Under the pieces are notes generated by a model. It searched no databases. It saw only the letters and a list, made by a program, of their open reading frames with translations, and had not been told where the DNA came from. The position numbers were made by a program, and so were the translations under genes. From Octopus sinensis (taxonomy: Eukaryota), in contig NW_021826823.1 of NCBI RefSeq assembly GCF_006345805.1, positions 1 to 12,116 on the forward strand: a stretch of 12,116 nucleotides of DNA, in the 5' to 3' direction. This document shows, piece after piece, positions 6,733 to 12,116 of the stretch (its first letter is position 1; each line of letters starts with the position of its first letter).

Positions 6733-7085
6733 AAGTTATTTAAAATAAAACAGAACATTTATTACATTTAGATTTTCCAGTTTTCCTCAAGTTTTATTTA
6801 TATGTAAAGGTTTCTTGATTTACAAAAGAAAACGGATATAAAATACAGGGAAAATGGTCACAGTGGCCCATGAGGGGGCCGATGAAGGAGCCAATTAGGG
6901 AGCGACTATGTGCTTGCTTAATCTGAAAAGCTACGATTAATTTAGAAATAGTAATCACGAATCTCTCTCAAATTACAGTCTAATTTATTAAATACTGTAC
7001 TTTATTGTAATTCATTAAGTATTGTACACTAAGAACAGTACGGTCATGTTGTGGTGTTCATCTTATTACTATTATTGTTTTCAGT

Positions 7086-7275
7086 AAGGCAGAACCAAGC
7101 TGGCACGCCAATCAAGATGCATAGGGGCGATTCGTCTTTCCTTACTTTTTGAGTCCACATTCGGCCGAGGTTGACGTTGCCTTTCAACCATTCAGAGTCG
7201 ACAAGAATATGTACCAGATAAGTACAGGGATGTAATCGACTAGCCCTCTAGCTCAAAATGTCAGGGCAAAAGGAT
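7086..7275 (+). mobile_element. Decayed family A SINE
   Basis: GAGTCCACATTCGGCCGAGGTTGACGTTGCCTTTCAACCATTCAGAGTCGAC..GTACCAG..GATGTAATCGACTAGCCC aligns to 4182-4392, followed by (ATT)n. Confidence 0.75.
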
Positions 7276-7430
7276 TATTATTATTATTATTATTACATTT
7301 TTTTTCTTCTTTCAAATTTGCTTCCATTTCTTGCCGAGTGTCTTCCCGACTCCTAGGGCAAAGAAACTCATAGTATACATTGGTAGGCCATTAAACCAAA
7401 CTCAATAGTTCGTTCATTTAAAAAACAATT
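7274..7430 (-). mobile_element. Possible 3' end of a non-LTR retroelement with A-rich/(TAA)n tail
   Basis: On the minus strand, complex sequence runs into an A-rich tract (7298-7313) and (TAA)n (7274-7295). It resembles an octopus repeat from memory; the family is not identified. Confidence 0.33.
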
Positions 7431-7452
7431 TTTTTTTAAAGTTAAATTTAAA

Positions 7453-7500
<48 letters not shown>
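7453..7500. repeat. (TTA)n microsatellite
   Basis: Pure TAT/TTA run. Confidence 0.97.
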
Positions 7501-7501
<1 letters not shown>

Positions 7502-8055
7502 GAGTGAGAGAGGAACGCATACCATCAAAGTGACTAGGGTAACATATAGGAAGCCCAGTATACCCATCATGACTACGCGTCTCCATAAGAGTACACCAGA
7601 CACATGCATCACAACCATATGTGCGCGAAGTGGTGATCTTAAATCAAGATAAAGAGCGCATGACCTTGCAGGTGGAGACAAGTTAGAATTTTCTTCAGGT
7701 TGAGTAGCCCATTCCGCTCAAAAGGTCCCTGAATAAAGGTTGTTTAAGGATGCTGAACAGAACACCCATATTTCCAAAGGCGAATTATCCAAACCCCAAA
7801 GAATTCCTTTCAACACATGGCTACGATGCTCCCCCCACTACTTCTGCTCGTGATCAGAGATGCACATATCGTCAGCCACTAAGGGACATGCTCAACTGGT
7901 TATGGTCAAACAACTGACAAGCAAATCTGTGGTATTGAGCAGAATATTTGCTGTAGCCCATCTTTTATACCAAGACAAAACAATGTACATGATAACACTT
8001 TCAACCAGTTAAGATCAGAAGCCATGAGAGCCACTGCCTGGTACTGCATCAGGGC

Positions 8056-8056
<1 letters not shown>
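7501..8056. mobile_element. 556-bp interspersed element with TG..CA ends embedded in (TTA)n
   Basis: Starts TGAGTGAGAG and ends CATCAGGGCA, with (TTA)n abutting both ends. It is well above background GC and has a minus-strand TATAAAAG at 7962-7969. I recall it as a common octopus repeat. Confidence 0.65.
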
Positions 8057-8104
<48 letters not shown>

Positions 8105-8128
8105 GTTGTTGTTGTTGTTGTTGTTGTT
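8057..8128. repeat. (TTA)n(GTT)n compound microsatellite
   Basis: Direct inspection. Confidence 0.97.
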
Positions 8129-8218
8129 ATTTCTATTTATTACGGAACCCAACAATAATTGGTGCAACCTTCACCTTCTTCATTTTCCATAGCCGGGCTA
8201 TTTCATACTTAAAAGGGT

Positions 8219-8315
8219 TTCTTCTTCTTCTTCTTCTTCTTCTTCTTCTTCTTCTTCTTCTTCTTCTTCTTCTTCTTTTCTTCTTCTTCTTCTCCTTCTT
8301 CTGCTTATTATTATT

Positions 8316-8380
<65 letters not shown>

Positions 8381-8406
8381 CATCATCATCATCGCCGTCG
8401 TCGTCG
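8219..8406. repeat. Compound trinucleotide tract (TTC)n(TTA)n(ATC)n(GTC)n
   Basis: Direct inspection. It is the source of the poly-I/poly-E ORF 8198..8392. Confidence 0.97.
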
Positions 8407-8794
8407 TATTCTCTATTGTTGTTGTGCTTGTTGAGGTCGAGCTCGGGACTAAATTACAATGAAACTAAGAAACAAAACAACCAGCTTTGAGCATCTCTTC
8501 GTGTTGACAGTGTAATGGTGGTAATTGATTGTAGAAACGGTAGATTGTTGAAGTGGCCCGGATTGAACATTGATCACGTGTAAGAGTCAAGAGAGAAGGG
8601 AGGAGGAGGAGGAGGTATGAGAAAAGGAAAGACAAAATCGAGAAGAAATATAGGGAGAAAAAAAAAACGAAAGGACTAGAAGGGAAATAAAACAAATTAA
8701 GAAAGTGATACTCAGCAAAATGTAAAGGCACCGGAAGATTGATGGCAAATATCAGGACTTTCTAGACAGTTCCATAATGTCTGCAATCGATATG

Positions 8795-8834
8795 TTGATG
8801 CTGCTGCTGTTGCTGCTGATGCCGATGCTACTGC

Positions 8835-8868
<34 letters not shown>

Positions 8869-9016
8869 ATTTTAATTGGTCCTTAAAGATATAAATCACT
8901 TTTCTCTCATGAAGTGGAAGATTCATAAATATGAGGAATTGTTGCAGTTGTTGTTGGTGTTGTTATTGCTGTTGCTGCTACTGCTGCTGTTGTTGTTGTG
9001 GTTGTTGTTGTTGTTG
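8795..9016. repeat. Two (GCT)n/(GTT)n microsatellite tracts separated by ~65 bp of unique DNA
   Basis: Runs at about 8795-8870 and 8939-9016. Confidence 0.95.
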
Positions 9017-9034
9017 CTCTCATTACCTAACATT

Positions 9035-9215
9035 GTGTCTGCAGTAAGAAACTCGCTTTGCATCCACGGGGTTCCGGTTTCAGTCCCACTACTGTGCGGC
9101 AGTTTGGGCAAGTGTCTTCTATAGATTTGGGTTGACCGATGCCTTCTGAATGACCTGAGTGAATTTGCTAGACCAGAACTGAGCGGAAGTCCGTTGAATT
9201 TGAAGTACTTGTGTG

Positions 9216-9260
<45 letters not shown>

Positions 9261-9433
9261 AGAGTTTGACCCACAACCATCGCTTGACATCCGGTGTGGG
9301 ATTTCCTACGTTCCTATAACATAGCGGTTCGGCAGAAGGGGGTACCGGTAAAATAAATACGAAGCTTTGAAAAGAAGTTCTGGGGTCGATTTATTCGACC
9401 AATCCCTTCAAGACAATGCTCCAGTATGGCAGC
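9035..9433 (+). mobile_element. Decayed family B (CORE-like) SINE with internal (GT)n
   Basis: GGTTTCAGTCCC 9076-9087, TTTGGGCAAGTGTCTTCTA 9103-9121, (GT)n 9212-9259, GGGGTCGATTTATTCGAC and tail TGCTCCAGTATGGC. It is collinear with 6274-6732. Confidence 0.82.
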
Positions 9434-9445
9434 GGTGTGTTGTGT

Positions 9446-9608
9446 GAGGCATAGAAATATCAGTATCCTGAGAGCGTCGGGCTGGATAGCCAGCGATATT
9501 TCCCCGTCCTCTGCGATCAACTGGGAGTTCAGAAGAAAATGACTGAGCTGTAGTTTGTCTCTCAATCGTCTAGAGTTGATGAAATAAGTACCAGTTCAAT
9601 ACTAGGGG
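9446..9608 (+). mobile_element. Highly decayed family A SINE
   Basis: GCGTCGGGC..AGCGATATTTC..GGGAGTTCAGA..GTTGATGAAATAAGTACCAGTTCAATACTAGGGG. Confidence 0.6.
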
Positions 9609-9744
9609 TAGGGAGCTCCTCAACTGAACGTCTTATGCCGGGGGATTTTCATTCGGAGTATTATGGACAAGCTCCAGAAATTCCTGGAATTTGGAAATTC
9701 TACTGAGTGTGTGTGGTAGGGAGGACAGAACAACACGTTACCGA

Positions 9745-9813
9745 TTCGAGATAAAACCGAGCCGAGCTGCTATTTGTCTTTCATTCCATGAAATGAAGTA
9801 CCAGTCCAAGTAC
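9745..9813 (+). mobile_element. Highly decayed family A SINE body fragment
   Basis: CCGAG..TTTGTCTTTCATTCC..GAAGTACCAGTCCAAGTAC. Confidence 0.5.
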
Positions 9814-10124
9814 GCTAATGCCGTCACTCAAGCGTGTTCAAGATCTACACAGAACAACGTATCTGACGATTTTGAAATTTGTGTGCAGTTGTCAGATAAC
9901 TCTCACAGCATTATAGACCCCCCCCCCCGGACAAACCACTGCACTGAGCCCTATCCTATTTTCTAATAGGTATCAGGCCATAGTATATGTAGATTAGAAT
10001 TAGACCCCTGGGCACGAAAGGCTCCCTAGGGCCTTGAAGCGGCAGTGTTCTCCAGACAATCGATTTATACCGTATCCGTACATTACTGACTTGAGAACTT
10101 ATAGTGGATAGTTACTGAGGCCAG

Positions 10125-10264
10125 TTCTTGGCACAAGGTCAACAATTTCGGTTGCAGCGGATAAGTAGATTAAATCGACCCCAGTTTTCAACTGGTACTT
10201 ATTTTGTGGAACTCCGAAAGGATGAAAGGCAATGTCGACCGCTGCGGAATTTTGACTCAGAACT
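10125..10264 (-). mobile_element. 5'-truncated family A SINE, antisense
   Basis: The reverse complement reads TTCTGAGTCAAAATTCCGCAGCGGTCGACATTGCCTTTCATCCTTTCGGAGTTCCACAAAATAAGTACCAGTTGAAAACTGGGGTCGATTTAATCTAC..GACCTTGTGCCAAG. Confidence 0.82.
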
Positions 10265-10296
10265 ATAAGACGGGCGACGGTGGATAGTTATGGTCG

Positions 10297-10571
10297 ATTA
10301 TGTGAACATTGTCCGAAAATAATTGTTCGAAAACAATTATTCGAAAACAATTATTCGAAAAAGATTTATTCGAATGGAAAATTGTAAGAATGAAGATTAT
10401 TCCAAAGGGCAATTATACGAAATGTTAATTATTCAAATTTTTTTATTTTGTTGAAATAAAATTAATAAAATTAAAAATCATGTACACAATCTTTCGAATA
10501 ACTGTTTTTCGAATAATTGTTTCCGAATAATTGTTTTCGAACACTTGTTTTCGAACAATTTTCATGATACA
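10297..10571. mobile_element. Foldback-type MITE with tandem-subrepeat inverted arms (MULE-like)
   Basis: Arms 10303-10374 and 10493-10564 are about 64/72 identical as inverted repeats, each built of five T(T/C)CGAA-cored 14-bp units. A 9-bp near-direct repeat flanks the element: TTATGGTCG 10288-10296 and TTATGATCG 10572-10580. Confidence 0.82.
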
Positions 10572-10578
10572 TTATGAT

Positions 10579-10830
10579 CGCATGCAGGACAAACCCGGCT
10601 GTGAGACGGGTGGCAACACCGGAAGTAGCCAGAGCGGAAACGGATACAATCGAAATTACTTCATCTTCACTTCCACTTGAACTAGGGTCATACGAGGTAG
10701 GACGCCCTAAAAACACGAGTCGTTTTCTAGCACAAAGGCGGCCAGAAGCGATAAGCAAACAGTTCATCGTATTGCCTTACGGTAATGGTAAACAGTTAGA
10801 ACCTGAAAGATGTATGTTCGCACCTTGTGT
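10579..10830. promoter_or_regulatory. CpG-rich unique segment with a consensus ETS site; candidate promoter or exon
   Basis: 16 CpGs in 10579-10820, ACCGGAAGT at 10618-10626, GCGGAAA at 10634-10640 and a donor-like GTGAGT at 10829-10834. Confidence 0.3.
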
Positions 10831-11191
10831 GAGTGATGGATTTGAGTGGTGTGTCTCCCCTTTTTTTTTTAATTTTGCAAAATTTTAAAATTCTTCACAC
10901 ATGACATTACATCTATGTTTCACTGTCTGTTAAGGAAACTGTTGACTTTTGAGTCGTTTGCGTAGTTTCACAGCTACATACTAAAAATGTAAACAAGCAT
11001 ATATACCGATAAATACATATAACTGTAAATGTGTTTGTGTGTGAGTATGTGTATGCGTGTGTGTGATGTGAAAGTTGTCTGACGATTGTACAAAGATACC
11101 AGGACTCTCAGTTTGGAGCCAAAGAGAAACATAGGGGCAAAGACGATGTTTCGAAGGGAAGTGAAAATTCTCTTTATTAAGGTAACCCTAA

Positions 11192-11260
11192 CGTGTGTGT
11201 GTTTGTGTGTGCGTGTGTGTGTCTGTGTGTGCGTGTGTGTGTCTGTGTGTGTGTGTGTAC
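11192..11260. repeat. Interrupted (GT)n microsatellite
   Basis: Direct inspection. Confidence 0.95.
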
Positions 11261-11371
11261 TTATATATTTATTTGTGTTTTCGTGCTTTTATTTATCAGA
11301 GATCTTTATGTCCATAGATATGTATATACGTATCTATAAATGTGTGCATGTATATACGAATGTGTGTGTAC

Positions 11372-11493
<122 letters not shown>

Positions 11494-11698
11494 GATGTTC
11501 AACATCCTCCGTATTATGTATGACATGTTTAATATAGTTTAGAGTCCTGGAATTGTGTTAAGTATGCCTCGAACCCATACGCACACAAGCCATAACCTAC
11601 ACTCAATACACGAGCATATATACATACACACGAATAGCATGCACTGTAATTGTTATAGGGCATAAGAAATGCAATGCAACAGAGATATGATATCGAGA

Positions 11699-11810
11699 TA
11701 TAAAAGGCAAGGAAGAGAGAGAGAAGCGAGGAGGGGGGGAAACTTCGTTATGGTTGCTGAACACGTGAAATGCCGGAAGGTGGAGCGCGTGTCAACGTCA
11801 AACACTTCCT
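11699..11810. promoter_or_regulatory. Promoter-like motif cluster (TATA, E-box, two ETS cores, CRE half-site)
   Basis: TATAAAAG 11699-11706, CACGTG 11762-11767, CCGGAAG 11773-11779, ACGTCA 11795-11800 and ACTTCCT 11804-11810. Confidence 0.33.
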
Positions 11811-12116
11811 CCGCAGGTTTAGCGAAGACTATTTTAATAAATAATGAATGAATCGATGAAACGAAACCAAAGGAGTTTTTTTTTTTCTTCGTTTTCTTCA
11901 TTTTTCCTTCTATATTCATTAGGGCATAGCTTAAAACGTCCAATGGTGCGTAACTGCAAAGCTGACTATGACTTCTTTGTTTTATATTTGTGTTGTTTTA
12001 TATTTGTCTAGTTTTTTTTCTTTCTTCTGCTTTTTTTTTTCCATGCTTCCTTTTCGTTTTCACTTCCCAAAATCTGCCCGAATTCATTTTCCTTCAATTG
12101 TTTCCTATTGTGTCTT

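Noticed and set aside
6879-6934. CCGATGAAGG...TCTGAAAAGCTAC, hammerhead-like order of motifs
   Set aside because: Stem II is only 3 weak pairs and stem I only 1 pair. At best it is an unrecognisably decayed relic.
8198-9124. Poly-I/E/L/N ORFs, including an apparent signal or transmembrane segment
   Set aside because: They are triplet microsatellite translations, and the 8876 ORF runs into a SINE.
10303-10564. CRISPR-like array or heat-shock element array
   Set aside because: The 14-bp units are contiguous with no spacers, the context is eukaryotic, and TTCGAA lacks the nGAAnnTTCn spacing. Inverted arms of a MITE explain it.
11145-11180. Minus-strand TTAATAA-AGAGAA..TTCCCT-TC-GAAAC-ATC resembling a decayed hammerhead
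   Set aside because: It needs about five substitutions, three in the core, and leaves two extra bases before GAAA. All are transitions, so it could be an old Penelope relic, but it is not supportable.

Overview
This is eukaryotic, AT-rich, repeat-saturated non-coding DNA, either intronic or intergenic. The SINE and other repeat families match those I recognise from octopus (coleoid cephalopod) genomes; that assignment is from memory, not a search. I cannot support any protein-coding gene. Almost all ORFs in the track are translations of microsatellites or SINEs. The window holds about 13 full or partial tRNA-derived SINE copies from two families, one with a perfect 14-bp target-site duplication (TSD), and many microsatellites. 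It also holds a foldback-type MITE with 14-bp tandem subrepeats in its arms, a 556-bp TG..CA element embedded in (TTA)n, a probable Helitron 3' terminus and a possible piggyBac-type MITE. The most notable item is a ~195-bp insert between (TA)n tracts whose minus strand carries a minimal type I hammerhead ribozyme motif of the Penelope-like-element kind (2653-2687). More speculative signals are several promoter-like motif clusters and several + strand exon or microexon candidates.
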